A DNA stretch of 63,982 bases, counting the filler, from Basidioascus undulatus (taxonomy: Eukaryota), in assembly GCA_000826855.1 (NCBI GenBank). It is 4 parts of 4 records of this genome, joined end to end, with 100 filler letters (N's around TTAATTAATTAA, not from the genome) between each part and the next. Parts side by side here need not be neighbours in the genome. Positions count along the whole stretch, not along the records: positions 1 to 16,475 come from JTLS01000580.1; 3 more parts are not named here. The stretch is one strand, 5' to 3'. Of this stretch, positions 1-12,614 are shown in pieces. A model generated the notes under the pieces. The model did no database searches, had not been told where the DNA came from, and worked only from the letters and a program-made list of their open reading frames with translations. The first letter of the stretch is position 1, and each line of letters opens with the position of its first letter. A program made the position numbers and the translations under genes.

Positions 1-578
1 GGCATCGCAGCACACTGGACCTGTAGTCTTACTGACGGGCTGCGGTTAGAGTGGGGAGGGGGAGAAGCAGAGGAGAGGGGGTGGGAAAGGGAGAGGACTT
101 TGGATCGCCTGGGGAGGTCTGGGGCTGCTGCTTGGGCGGTACGGGGAGTGTAAGATTAATGCTGGTTCTGTATTTTGTTGATGTTTGGAGCGCGGCGTGA
201 GGATTGGACTGGATCGGACTGCCATAAATCTTGCCTGCTTGCATCACCCGTCTTCTCTTGCCACAGCACCGCCGCGGGTGTTCTTTGCTTGCCGTCTCGC
301 TGTTCCCTCCAAGATCAATTACATGCACACAACTTGGCCTAGCCAAGTTGATATGCTTGTTTCGATGCCGATAGCAAAGATAGCAGGGTATGACGACAGT
401 TCAAGCCTCGAGGCGCTCGGCTACTCGTGTCGATCATCGAGGTCTTCTCTCTTCGCGCTCCACTTTCCTTCTTCTCTCTTTTCCCTTCCTCCACCAAACC
501 CCTTACTTTATCACTCTCTAAACCACATACCACCCACACCGCACCCTCCAGTATACCCCACACGAATCGCCACCGCGC

Positions 579-1640
579 ATGGCACCGCTCTCCACCCTCC
601 TGCGCCTCCCCCTGGCCGTCCTCTGGCGCGCACTGCTCGTGCGCCTCCCGCGCCTCGTCCCCCTCCCAATCCTGCACTACACCTCCCCGCTGGGCCCTCA
701 CCCCGTCCGAGTGCACCTCCCCTCGCGCGACCCCGGTCGGTCCATTCCCGTGCTCGTCTTCCTTCCCCCTACCTCCTCTCCCTCCTCCCACCCCGTGCCA
801 GTGCACCTCGACTTCCACGGCGGGGGATTCGTCCTCGGCTCGTGCCTCGAGGAAGCGCCGTTCTGTGCGCGGTTCGCGCGGGAACTGGGGGCGGTGGTGA
901 TCTCGGTGGACTACCGCCTCGGCCCCGTGGACAAGTTCCCAGCGGCGGTTCATGACGCGGAGGACGTCCTCCACTCCGTGCTTTCCCTCTCCGCGCCGCG
1001 GGAACTCAGCGCGCTCCTCGAGCCGCAGGGGCTGGCGCTGGACCGCGAGCACATCTCCCTCGGCGGGTTTTCGAGCGGCGGGAACTTGGCGCTCAATCTT
1101 GCGCAGTCGGTGGAGGGGTGGGCTTCGCCGTTCGAGGCTGGGAGGGGGAAAGAGGACAAGGAGGACGAAGTGGAGAGGGAGATACCGCTAGTGCTGTTTT
1201 ACCCCTCCTTCGACGCGCGCCTCCTTCCCTCTCAGCGCACGCGCCCGCCCAACCTCCCCCTGCCGCACCCCTTCTGGGCCTCGCTCTCCAACGTCCTCAT
1301 CCCAACCTACCTCCCGCGCCGTCTCGCCGCGCACCCGCGCGCCTCCCCGGGCCTCGCCCCGCGCGGATCCCTCCTCCCCGGCGCGCGGGTCCTGCTTGTC
1401 CTCCCCGAGCTGGATACCCTCGCGGGGCAGAGTGGGGAGTGGGTGGATAGGATGGAGCGGGAGGGAAGAGGGGGAGATTTGAGGGTCAGGAGGGTCGAGA
1501 GGGTTAAGCATGGGTGGACGCAGATGCCGGATCGGTGGCTTGGAGAGAGAGAGAAGGGGACGAAGGAGGAGGTGTATGCGGAGGCGATAAGGTTTTTGAG
1601 GGGGTTTTGGGAGGAGGTGGACGCGGGAAAGCAGGAGTAG
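579..1640 (+). CDS. Alpha/beta hydrolase, hormone-sensitive-lipase (GDXG) family esterase/lipase, intronless, 353 aa
   Basis: Oxyanion motif FHGGGF, VISVDYRLGP...FPAAVHD, nucleophile elbow GFSSGG, acid in ELDTL and His in VKHGW; single ORF preceded by a CT-rich leader. Confidence 0.9.
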   Translation: MAPLSTLLRLPLAVLWRALLVRLPRLVPLPILHYTSPLGPHPVRVHLPSRDPGRSIPVLVFLPPTSSPSSHPVPVHLDFHGGGFVLGSCLEEAPFCARFARELGAVVISVDYRLGPVDKFPAAVHDAEDVLHSVLSLSAPRELSALLEPQGLALDREHISLGGFSSGGNLALNLAQSVEGWASPFEAGRGKEDKEDEVEREIPLVLFYPSFDARLLPSQRTRPPNLPLPHPFWASLSNVLIPTYLPRRLAAHPRASPGLAPRGSLLPGARVLLVLPELDTLAGQSGEWVDRMEREGRGGDLRVRRVERVKHGWTQMPDRWLGEREKGTKEEVYAEAIRFLRGFWEEVDAGKQE

Positions 1641-4520
1641 GGAGGATAGACACTTGGACTTGGATGATCGCACTTTGGTTTCGCCACCTCTGTACTCGCA
1701 TTGGTGTCTGTTTGCCTTGGAGCATAGGAGTTTTCCTTGCTTGCCTCGCAGCGAGCTCTCAAATGCCACAGTATTGTGTGGAAGCGAATGCTGCGGTAAC
1801 ACTCCTCGTTTGACGAACTGCGGCTGTCCTTCCTTCGGGGCCGACGATGCTCGATGCGCTTACATTTCAGGCAATCTGGTTTGTGTAGGTCGATATGTCA
1901 GGCGGGCTGTGCTCGAAAGCGACTGCACTGTAACGGCTATTTCCAATCGCTTTCAGCCCGGCATGTTCAAAGCATGGGGAACAGCTTTCCAGCCCCCGGC
2001 GACATGTCATCATCTGCGGCCTAGAAGACTTGATACTGAGAGAGCATGACACTTTGTGTAAGAAAAGAACTCACCCGTTTGTTTGTGCGTCCGGCAACGT
2101 GCAACTTGCAACTTGGAAACGTAGCCAGCAGTTTGATGCTGTTCCCGCGCCGGGTGGCAATAAGACACCCTTGGTATGAACATTTTCTATGAACTAGCGT
2201 AAACCAAGCAGTGAGCCGTATCTTACACCAGGGAAGGAACGTGTTTGCAGTCTGGGATTGAGGAAGACGGATGATGCGGCGGACACGACCATGGTCCTTC
2301 CGTTCAGGATTCCTTAACGACCGCCCCTGCGGAGCTGGCGAGCGCATGAGTTATTGCAAATTTTAAATGATTACATGCCCAACACGGTTATGTACCTTCA
2401 CTGTACCAGCCTTCAGTGTGCCCAGCAAGCACGCTGCTCGCCTTGCCGCCAGCCAGTGAAGGACGAGCCTGGAAAACGAACAAGAGGTCTAGACTGGACA
2501 AATTATAACTAACAAAGCTTGACCCCCCGATCAACCGAGCCTGAGAAAGGACGTTACCCTGTTCCGTGTTCGCAGAGCAACCGGCAACTTGAGGCTCATC
2601 CTGCTCGTCGCACGTTTGTAAGCCCTTTCTCATCATGATTGGATTTATGCTGGTGCCATCACAGGCTCTCCTCCCTGGGGGTTCTGACTGGCTTATGAGC
2701 TTACGGACACTCCGTGACCGGCGATCCGACCGGCAGCTGCGAATTAGGAGTTAAGCAGTCGGGCAGCTGGGCGGATAGGGATAGGGTGGGAGTAACGGTC
2801 GCAGAAGGGGGTCTCCTAGGGTGTTGATATGGAATAAAAAAGAGTGAGTGTCCAACACAGTGGGTAGTCCGTCGTAATCCGCCCCGGGCTGTCTGACGTG
2901 GAGAGTGGATGAGGTGGAGCTGAGCTCAGAGACGGCCGCCATACAGTCGGACCGTCTCCGCGAGCTTGGAAGGTGTTATAAAGGGAAACAAATACCAACT
3001 ATCAGAGGCTGGAAGAACATTGTGCCGATGGCTGGCGTAAAACTCCTTGAGCTATCCGTTCCAGTTGCCTTCCGTCCACGCAGCGAACGTTGACACATCT
3101 CGGGAATGAGGAGCATCGGAACATTGGACTTGCTCTCAAGGATTACTGGAATTAAGTGGGCCCACCAAGTGTAGGGAGTACGGCTTTCGTCCCCTGCGTT
3201 CGTGACATCTCATAGGCCTGCGGGCCTTGGGATTCTGGTATTTATTGTTCCCGTCTCGCTTATTCCTAGGTTAAGTAATACTTTATTGTGCTATCTATAT
3301 ACGGGTAACTTCAATTTCAACTCTGCCTCCTAGTTGGGAATGCTACCTCTCCCCCCCCCACGCCGGCACCTGTAAAATGCCTTCCAGTCGTATCTTCCAT
3401 GCGCAGTGGCAAGCTACTCGGAGGAGATACATTTTGAGTTGGCATCCGAACTGTTAACCCTCGGCTGTGGCATCGATGCCGCTCTGTCATTCCTTGACAT
3501 TGGTTTATTGATCCTGTACATCCGAAGATGGCGAGAGTTGGCTCAATACTTATCTTATCACCGCTTTATCACTTGTGGGTCCTCTGTCAGCATGCTCACG
3601 AGCACAGTCAAAGCACGGCGCTGTGGCCTGCATAGCCTCCTGCCGTGGCTTAATGCAATTGCCCTGTGAGTCCGCCGCAGTCGCTCCTGGCCTGCTTCTC
3701 TTGAGTTCGTGCAACATGACAGCCTTACTTGCGTTTCATCGTTCAGATGTCATAAAATGCGCATAAGCGAACGGCGCCCTAATCAATGAGCCCCGTTCAG
3801 TGTTCCTGAACAGCATTGCCAGTGCGTGGCCCACCCGCAGCGTGCATGGCGGAGCCGCACAACTCGTGAGTGGGCTCATCAGGACGGAATGGAACATTGC
3901 CGTGATTCCCTTTGTGATTTTCACATGCTTGCTACGAAATTTCGGCGTTTTCTCCATGAGGAAGAAGACCCAAGAAGGTCCACTTGAGGTCCACCGGGCT
4001 TTAATGTGTTGCCTTGCCTATGGGATGGTCCTAGACGACCCTTCGTTCATGTGTGTGTTTAATGCTTCACGGGCAGGATGTATAGTGCTTCGCTTTTCGA
4101 AAAAAGTCTTCCATGTCACGGTTGAGATGGACAAGGCGTGGGGGTGTGTTGTGTGACTGACCAGCTTGGACCGTGACGAGCCAAGTCGCGGTGCGGTGCC
4201 CACGGCGGTTTGGCACGCCTTCCATGTCACCATAACCTTCAAATCGGCGCCCGCCGTAAGCACCGAAGCGCTTCTCCGACGCCATCCGTGTGTCGCGGAA
4301 AGTTCCGACTGCATGGCTCAGGGAGGCGGCGAAGACTGCACCGTGCACGCGTAACGAAATTTACGTGTGCCCGCCCGCCGTCGCCAGTTCGAACGATATA
4401 CAAGTGCAGCTGCGCGCTGCGATGCCTGCCTCCTTTATCTCTTTCAGTATTTTCGTTGACCGCTTCACTGTCACCAATCCATCACCCCTCGAGCGCGGTA
4501 TTACCCCCCGCTCTGCCACT

Positions 4521-7500
4521 ATGGCATCCCCCCAAGAGTCGTACGCCGACTCGGCCACGCCGACGGTCTATTCCATCACCAGTTCCCCCTCGCCTACCCC
4601 CGACGGACACCCTGCCCCCATCACCAACGAAAAGAGCAGCGAGAGCCCCGAAGGACTCGAGAGCGGCGTGAACGTCAAAGATGCCAAGGAGCAGTTTGCA
4701 GAGCTGCGCCGCGAGCTCTCTCGCCAGAGCAACCTGCACCGCATCGCGAGCAGGCAGAGCTCAGACCTCGAGAAGCAGGATGATGAGGACGAGTTCGATT
4801 TGCTGGAGTGTGAATATGGTTTCTGGGAGCGTGATTCAATCCAAACAATAGTACACTGACGGCCTTCACTTGACAGATATGGCAAGTCCATGGCGTTTGC
4901 AGGCTGCGGTACGATGTGACTGCGCTGGTTTCTGATGTTCGCACTTCCTGCAGCATGGGGCGAGCGAGGCCAACCAGGAAGCTGGCATTCGCCACAAGTC
5001 GGCTGGTGTTATCTTCAAGGTGCGTTTCTGTTGCAATTGTGAAAAAAACATGCACGCAGCTGACACTCCGGCTTGTTCCCCCGTTGCTTCTCGACAGGAC
5101 CTGAGCGTCATCGGAAACGGCGGCATGAAAATTCACATCCGGACTTTCCCTGGTTCGCTTCCGTATGTTTGAAGATCGAGACACCTCCGCTGATGTTTTA
5201 ATGTCTCTCCTATTCAGACGCGATCAAGGAGTTCATTCTCACTCCGCTGATCACGTTCGGCCCCTACTTCGGCCTCTTCAAGCCGGAGCCAAAGACGATT
5301 CTGTCGCGCTTGAACGGCGTCGTCAAGCCCGGGGAGATGGTCCTTGTCTGTGCGTCGTCATGTCTCAGTGATAGAGCCACCTGCCTATCTTGATTTTCGC
5401 AGTGGGCCGGCCGAACTCCGGATGCTCCACCTTCTTGAAAGCGATCGCCAACCTGCGCGAGGGCTACCTCGCTGTCGAGGGTGATGTTAGTTACGCCGGG
5501 ATCGAGGTGCGCCTAGAGTGTCTCATCAATCCCTCCGTGATCCCGGCGGTGCTCAAACGCTATGCGTCATAGGCCACCGAGTTCAAGAAGCGCTTCGCCG
5601 GCGAAGTATCCTACAACCAGGAGGGTGCGTTTGGTTGCCCCCCGCTGCGGGTATATCGGTTAGCTAATCCGTCGCAATTCGGTGGTCTTTCAGACGACGT
5701 GCACTACCCCACGCTCACCGTCGGCCAGACCATCGACTTCGCGCTTTCGACCAAGACGCCCGGCAAGCGTCTTCCCCAGCAGTCGCCGAAGCAGTTCCGC
5801 ACCGTTGTGCTCGACACGCTGCTCAAGATGCTCAACATCTCGCACACCAAGGGTACCTTAGTCGGGAACGAGTTCGTCCGAGGCGTCAGCGGCGGTGAAC
5901 GCAAGCGAGTGTCCATCGCGTACGTGATCCTGGCTTTCGGTCAAGAAGTAGACTGCAAGCGCTGACTTGCTGTCATGATGAACAGGGAGATGTTCGCTGC
6001 CCGCTCGTGCGTCGCCAGCTGGGACAATTCGACGCGAGGACTTGTAGGCTTCTTTGCTCTGCCGCTGATGAGCGACTGTGAGCTAATCCTAATCGCTTCG
6101 TCGCCAGGACGCATCCACTGCACTCGACTACGCCAAGTCGCTACGCATCTTGACGGACGTTTTCCAGATGACCAACTGTGCGGCTTTAAAAGATTTTTAT
6201 GCTGCTCCGCTTCCGCACATTTTCGACTGACTGAAGGCCTTGACAGTCGTGAGCCTGTACCAGGCTGGCGAGGGAATCTACCAGCAGTGCGCTTACGGCC
6301 TCGCATTCATATCTTTCAATCAGATATCTCGAAACTGATCCCTTGTCGTTTGTAGATTCGACAAGGTGCTCGTCATCGACGAAGGCCGGGAGATCTTCTT
6401 TGGTCCGGCGTCTGAGGCCCGCCGCTACTTCATTGACCTTGGCTTCCGCGTCCGTCACTTCCGTCCTTTTCTCTGTGACATTCGAGCGCTAAACAGGCGC
6501 AATTGGTGTGACTTCTTGCAATTCAGGACCTCCCCCGCCAAACCACCGCCGACTATCTCACGGGCTGCACCGACCCGAACGAACGCCAGTTTGCCGACGG
6601 CCGCGACGAGTCGAGCGTGCCTTCCACGCCGGAGGAGCTGGAAAGAGCCTTCCGTTCGAGCGCGCACTTCTCGAAGATGGAGGCCGAGCGTGCCGCTTAC
6701 GAGAAGCAGCTGGCGGAGGACAAGCACATCCAGGAGGAGTACGTTGATGTTAACCCTTTCGGCTGCTTGACGTTCAACTTACCTTTGTTGCCTTCAGGTT
6801 CCGGAGAGCTGTCCAGGAGGGCAAGGGCCGAGGCGTATCGAAGAAGTCGCCGTACACCGTCTCCTTCTTCGCCCAGGTTATGGCGCTCGCTCGCCGCCAG
6901 TTCCAGCTCAAGCTGCAGGACAAGTTCACCGTCTACTCCTCGCTGTTTAGTGCGGTCACTATTGCCATCATCGTCGGAACTGGTAGGCTCGCATCTTCCC
7001 CTTCCGGTTTCTACCTCGAGCTGACAGTCGGGGTTAGTCTTCCTCGACCTGCCTCAGTCAGCTTCGGGCGCGTTCACGCGTGGCGGTGTCATCTTCATCA
7101 GTGCGTCCATCAATCTTTTCACAGAGAGCAATTGTTAAAACTAGGAGAGGAACAGCTCTTCTGTTCAACGGGCTCTCAGCATTTTCGGAACTTCCGTCTC
7201 AGGTACGCAGACGCAGTGCGGCCTCATTGACAGCTTTTGCTCTCTGCGTCGTGGACACTTGCTGAATATACCCTTCCCGTATACCTAGATGACCGGTCGG
7301 CCAATTCTCTACAAGCAAGTTGGATTCCAGTTCTACCGGCCCGCCGCACTCTCTGTAGCCAACATCCTCGCCGATATTCCGCTGATGGCGATAATGGTAA
7401 GAAACCCTTTCGCGATGCACGCACGACCCCGTAACCTGTATCTTACACTTGGAAAAACAGGTCATGCTCTTCTCGATCATTATTTACTTTATGGCGGGAC

Positions 7501-10500
7501 TCGTCCGCGATGCGGGGGCTTTCTTCACGTTCTACATCGTACGCCGTCTTTCTATTGGGAAGTTTGAAGGATGCGAAGTTGATCTATGCTACACAGCTCA
7601 TCTTCATGACTCTCCTCGCAATGACTGCGTTCTTCCGTATGATCGGCACGGTATGCGTTAGCTACGACGTTGCAGCCCGTCTTGCGTCCTTGATCGTCAC
7701 TGCCATGGTTCTTTGTATGTCTATCAGCTTCGAACTTGTGCCTTTTGCGTCCTGCTGACTTTACTGTGTTTTAACAGACGCCGGATACATGGTCAGCTTT
7801 CAATAGCTACTTACGCTTCGACACAAGTGATGCTGACGCTTCGGCTGATACCTACAGGTCCCCGTCTTCGCTATGAAGCGCTGGCTGTTCTGGATCTAGT
7901 GCGTATTTTGTCTGATAAAAAAAACATGGCTGGGCGACTGCTGAAATGCTTGATCTTGACAGCTACCTCAACCCGCTCAACTACGGCTTCAGCGCGCTCA
8001 TGAGCAACGAGTTCAAGCGCCTGAACCTCCTTTGCGACCCGATTTACCAGGTTCCCGCCGGACCGGGGTACCCAACCACGCTCGGCCCCAACCAGGTCTG
8101 CACGCTCACCGGTGCGCGGCCGGGTGAGCTTTACGTGAGCGGGACGGATTACATTCGGGCGGCGTTCGAGTACGAGTGCGTTCGGATTGACCTATGTGAT
8201 TACCACGAGGGGAATAACTCTAACGCTTTCGGTCCATAGCCCCAAACACCTTTGGCGCAACTTTGGAATTTTAATTGTCTTTTTTGTCGGCTTTCAGACG
8301 ATCCAGATGGTCCTCACCGAGGTCATCGCGCACGGGGCGCACGCTTCGGCGGTTACCGTCTTCAAGCCCGAGGACAAGGACACCAAGGTCCGCAACCAGC
8401 GCCTTCAGGAGCGCAAGCAGGCGTTCCGCAAAGGCGAGGCGCAACAGAACCTCGAAGGTCTGGTGAAGAGCCGGAAGCCGTTCACCTGGTCGAACCTGGT
8501 ACGTTCCTCATTCCAACACCACCTTCTAAAACTAGACCTAACTTCGTCTACTTCCAGTCCTACACTGTTCCTGTGTCCGGTGGTCAGAAGCAGCTTCTTG
8601 ACAACGTGTATGTTCATGCCGATTCGAACCCCACACTCGACCGCAACTTACAATTTCGCCCTTTCGCCCTTTTCTAGGTTCGGTTACGTCAAGCCGGGAA
8701 CGCTTACGGCCCTGATGGGTGTATGTCTTTGCACTTTTGTTCCTCAGCCTCAGAGCTCGCTCAACTTCCGCCGTTCTTGCAGGCCTCTGGCGCCGGCAAA
8801 ACCACCCTCCTCGTAGGCGCTCCTCCGTCTTGCATGAGAATTGGAAGATCCAGATCGATACTAACGTCCGAGTTCTTTCCAGGACGTTCTCGCTGACCGC
8901 AAGACTATCGGCGTGATCACTGGCGAGATTCGCATCGCGGGTCGGCCTATCGGCATTGACTTCCAGGCCGGCGCGGCGTACTGCGAGCAGTTGGACGGTG
9001 CGTCTGTCCTTCAAAAATGGCGAGAACCATCATAGACATCGTATCTCTATCTCCAGTACACGAGTGGACTTCGACTGTTCGTGAGGCGTTGCGGTTCTCT
9101 GCGTACCTTCGTGTAAGCCTCGCATTAAGATGTGAGATTGCCGAAAGAAGGCTAACCGTGCCACCCACAGCAACCGAGGGAGGTCTCCCAGGAAGAGAAG
9201 GACGACTATGTCGAGTAAGTCCGTTCTCGAGAGGTTTGGGCCTTGCTCATCATTCCTTATTTGCGTTCGCAGGGAGATAATCCAGCTGCTTGAGATGGAG
9301 GACATCGCCGACGCAATGATTGGTTTCCCTGGCTATGGGTACGTCGCAACTTGATCTATCACCTTGATCGCCCGATCCGAGCTCATATTGCACTCACTTG
9401 CCAGTCTCGGCGTCGAGGCTCGCAAGCGCCTTACAATCGGGGTTGAGCTGGCGGCCAAGCCTCAGCTCCTGCTCTTCTTGGACGAGGTCGGTCCCGCTCA
9501 GTATACGCTTTCTACGACTTGACTGATGCATTCCGGCTTTACCTGCAGCCGACGTCTGGTCTTGACGGCCAGTCTGCCTACAAGTGCGTGCGCTCGCAGT
9601 CTGCTTTCCTCGCATCTACTGACACTTCGCCGCTTCCAGCATCGTTCGCTTCCTTAAGAAGCTCGCTGCCGCTGGCCAAGCGATCCTTTGCACCATTCAC
9701 CAGCCCAAGTGAGTCGAATTCAACTTCAAATCAATTGACTTACAGACACTCATCTCTTGGGACTTGCAGCGCCCTTCTGTTCGAGCAGTTCGACCGTCTG
9801 CTTCTCCTCGAGAAGGGTGGTAAAACTGTCTACTTCGGCGACGTTGGCAAGGACTCGCACGTCCTTGTCAACTACCTGGCTAAGCACGGCGCACACTGCC
9901 CCCCCGATGCCAATCCGGCCGAGTACATGGTAAGTCTGCTTCTTCAGTCCGCTCTACACACTGCCTTGTCACTCATTAATTCTGCCGGTGCAGCTCGACG
10001 CCATCGGTGCCGGCTCGAAGAAGCGCGTCGGCCCTAAGCCGTGGTCGCAGATCTACCTCGAGTCCGAGGAGTTCGCAAAGAACAAGCGGGTGATCGAAGA
10101 GTTCAACGCGCAGGCGCTGAAGGACTTCCCCGAATTGAAGCGTGCCACGAGCATCTGTAGGTCCCGCATTCTCTCGAGCCTGTGCTTTCGGAAATTGACC
10201 TGCCATCCCTCCTTGACTACAGACAACACGCCTTTTCTCTACCAGCTCAGGATTGTTGGAAAGCGTACGTTCCTGTCATTCTGGCGGATGCCGGATTACG
10301 GCTTCACCCGTCTGTGCGTTGCCGCCCGACTACTCTCTCGCAGTCGGGGCTATCCATGACTGACGTTTTGATCACTGCGTCTTCAGATTCTCGCACATGA
10401 TCATCTCTCTCCTGACGTCCCTCACTTTCTTGATGCTCGGAAACTGTGCGTAGCTTTATTCTCTGGCGAGGCAGGTTCAAAGATTGACCTTTCACTTCAC

Positions 10501-12027
10501 AGCCGTCGCCGATCTGCAATACCGCGTATTCGTCATCTTCAGTACGTTTTCCTCTTGGTTTCAGAAACTGATGGAAGTTCTGATAGATCCCTGTTTTTAG
10601 TCACTGCGGTTCTTCCCGCTTTGATTCTGGCCCAGGTTGAGCCTACGTACATCATGGGCCGCAACTGCTTCATCCGCGAAGACTCGTCGAGGGTACGTTT
10701 TTCTAATTAGCCATGACACGCATTCGTCTCGGCGCTTACAAGTTTCATCTCTAAGATGTACTCGCCCTTCGTCTTCTCGCTGGCGCAGCTCGTCTCCGAG
10801 ATGCCGAACAGTTTGCTCTGCGCAACGGCGTTTTTCTTGCTCCTCACCTACCCCGCAGGTTTCAACACGGCATCTGACCGCGCCGGCTACCAAGTAAGCT
10901 TCCTGTCCCCCTAAATTACACCTCCGTCTATACAGCTTTCTCATTAAATGTAACTTTCCACAGTTCTTCATGATTCTCGTCACCGAGGTCTTCTCCGTCA
11001 CGCTCGGTCAGCTCGTGGCAGCGCTCTCTCCTTCGATTCCCGTGGCTGCAATCGTACGTTGTCCGATGCACTGGCTTTCCCCGTAATATATGACTCAAAT
11101 CAACAACCTTCTACAGTTCAATCCGTGCGTCTTTGCACCGGTTCAATGCCTTTCCGCACTTGGACACTGACGGACTTCCGACGGCAGGTTCATCCTTGTC
11201 TTCTTCGCCCTGTTCTGCGGTGTTACGACTCCGAAACCCAACCTTCCCACGTTGTAAGTCAACTCCCGCATTATAGCACCCTCACACACTCGCACTTACC
11301 TTCTCTGCCCCAATCCAGCTGGCGCGTGTGGATGTGTGCGTCGACAACCCGAACTCGCCCGCCAATGTCTCGCTGACACATTCGCCATGTGTTACAGACC
11401 AACTCGACCCCTTCACGCGTCTCATCGGCGGAATGGTCACGACCGAGCTCCACGGCCTCGAGGTCCGCTGCAAGCCGGCCGAATTTTCAATCTTCCAGCC
11501 GCCGTCTGGGATGACTTGCGGGGAGTGGGCGCAGCCTTACGTTGAAGTGGCTGGTGGAGTAAGTCGAATGCTGCAATTTGTAAAGCTACCGGCACAACTC
11601 AATTGTTGCTCTTCAGTACCTCCGCGACCTGAACGCGACTCAGGACTGCGGGTTCTGCAAGGTGCGTCCCCCCGCCAACAGCCGAGCTGCACACTTTACT
11701 TACCTGCCTGATTCACCACAGTACTCCATGGGCGACCAGTTCTACATGCCGCTAGACATGGATTTTGACAATCGGTGGCGCGAACTCGTACGTCCGCACC
11801 GCATCTGCTTCGGCCCCACGAAAATCCCTTCCCCGTGCAGATGCTGACCGCCCGCCTTACCTCCCACAGGGGTACGTTTATGTTAATCTTAAATTAAAAA
11901 ATGACTGTTCCAGTTCTCTGAGACGTAAGCTGACGTGTAACTTTTCAGGATCATGATCGCTTTCACAGCTTTCAATGTCCTAGCTACCTTGGTTGCGTCC
12001 CACTTCCTCCGGTACTCGAACCGCTGA
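4521..12027 (+). CDS. Full-size PDR/ABCG (Snq2/AtrF-like) ABC transporter, about 49 exons
   Basis: Manual splicing gives NBD1 with Cys-type Walker [38 protein letters not shown]1; NBD2 [53 protein letters not shown]2 ending [11 protein letters not shown] at 12027. Confidence 0.95.
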
Positions 12028-12539
12028 ACGGGCCGCCCGCTCCTCTCAAACTTAGAGTCGATCCTTATCTGTCTCGTTTTCTTTTTTTGACTGTCGGCCA
12101 TTCCTTTCCGTGGTCTCTTACGGTAGCTCCGCGTCGAACCTATACATTTAATGAAACACAAGCACTGTCCCCAAGCATACTCCTCTGAACATCTTGACCA
12201 TATCTGTATCTATTCTACACAAACTATCTGTTCTATACATCGTTATGAACAATATTGCCATAGAAAACTTCTTCTCATCGTGCCCCTCCCGAGCGACGGC
12301 TACACGAACGTCAATCCCATCTGTGGGATCTCGTCAAACAGAGTGTCCAAATGCGACCGCATATTTTGAAGGAGGCCCAATCAAAGCAGACAATACTAGA
12401 AAAGAGTCAGACCGACGGATTGGCTCCGACTTCGAAGCTCGAAGGGACTTCAACGAGCGGGAAGCAGGGGAGCTCGTCCGGAGCTGGGGATGCGCGAAAG
12501 TCGTGCAAAGACTCTGACCATCGCACAGTCCAAAGAGTT

Positions 12540-12614
12540 CTCAGGCATTTAATGTCCTGGACAGCTGGAGGAGATTAAATGCCTGTCCAGGATCCAGGAC
12601 ATTAAATGCCTGAG
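12540..12614. repeat. 75-bp foldback: perfect 22-bp inverted repeat
   Basis: CTCAGGCATTTAATGTCCTGGA (12540-12561) and its exact reverse complement (12593-12614); the 31-nt spacer re-uses ATTAAATGCCTG and TCCAGGA. Confidence 0.9.
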
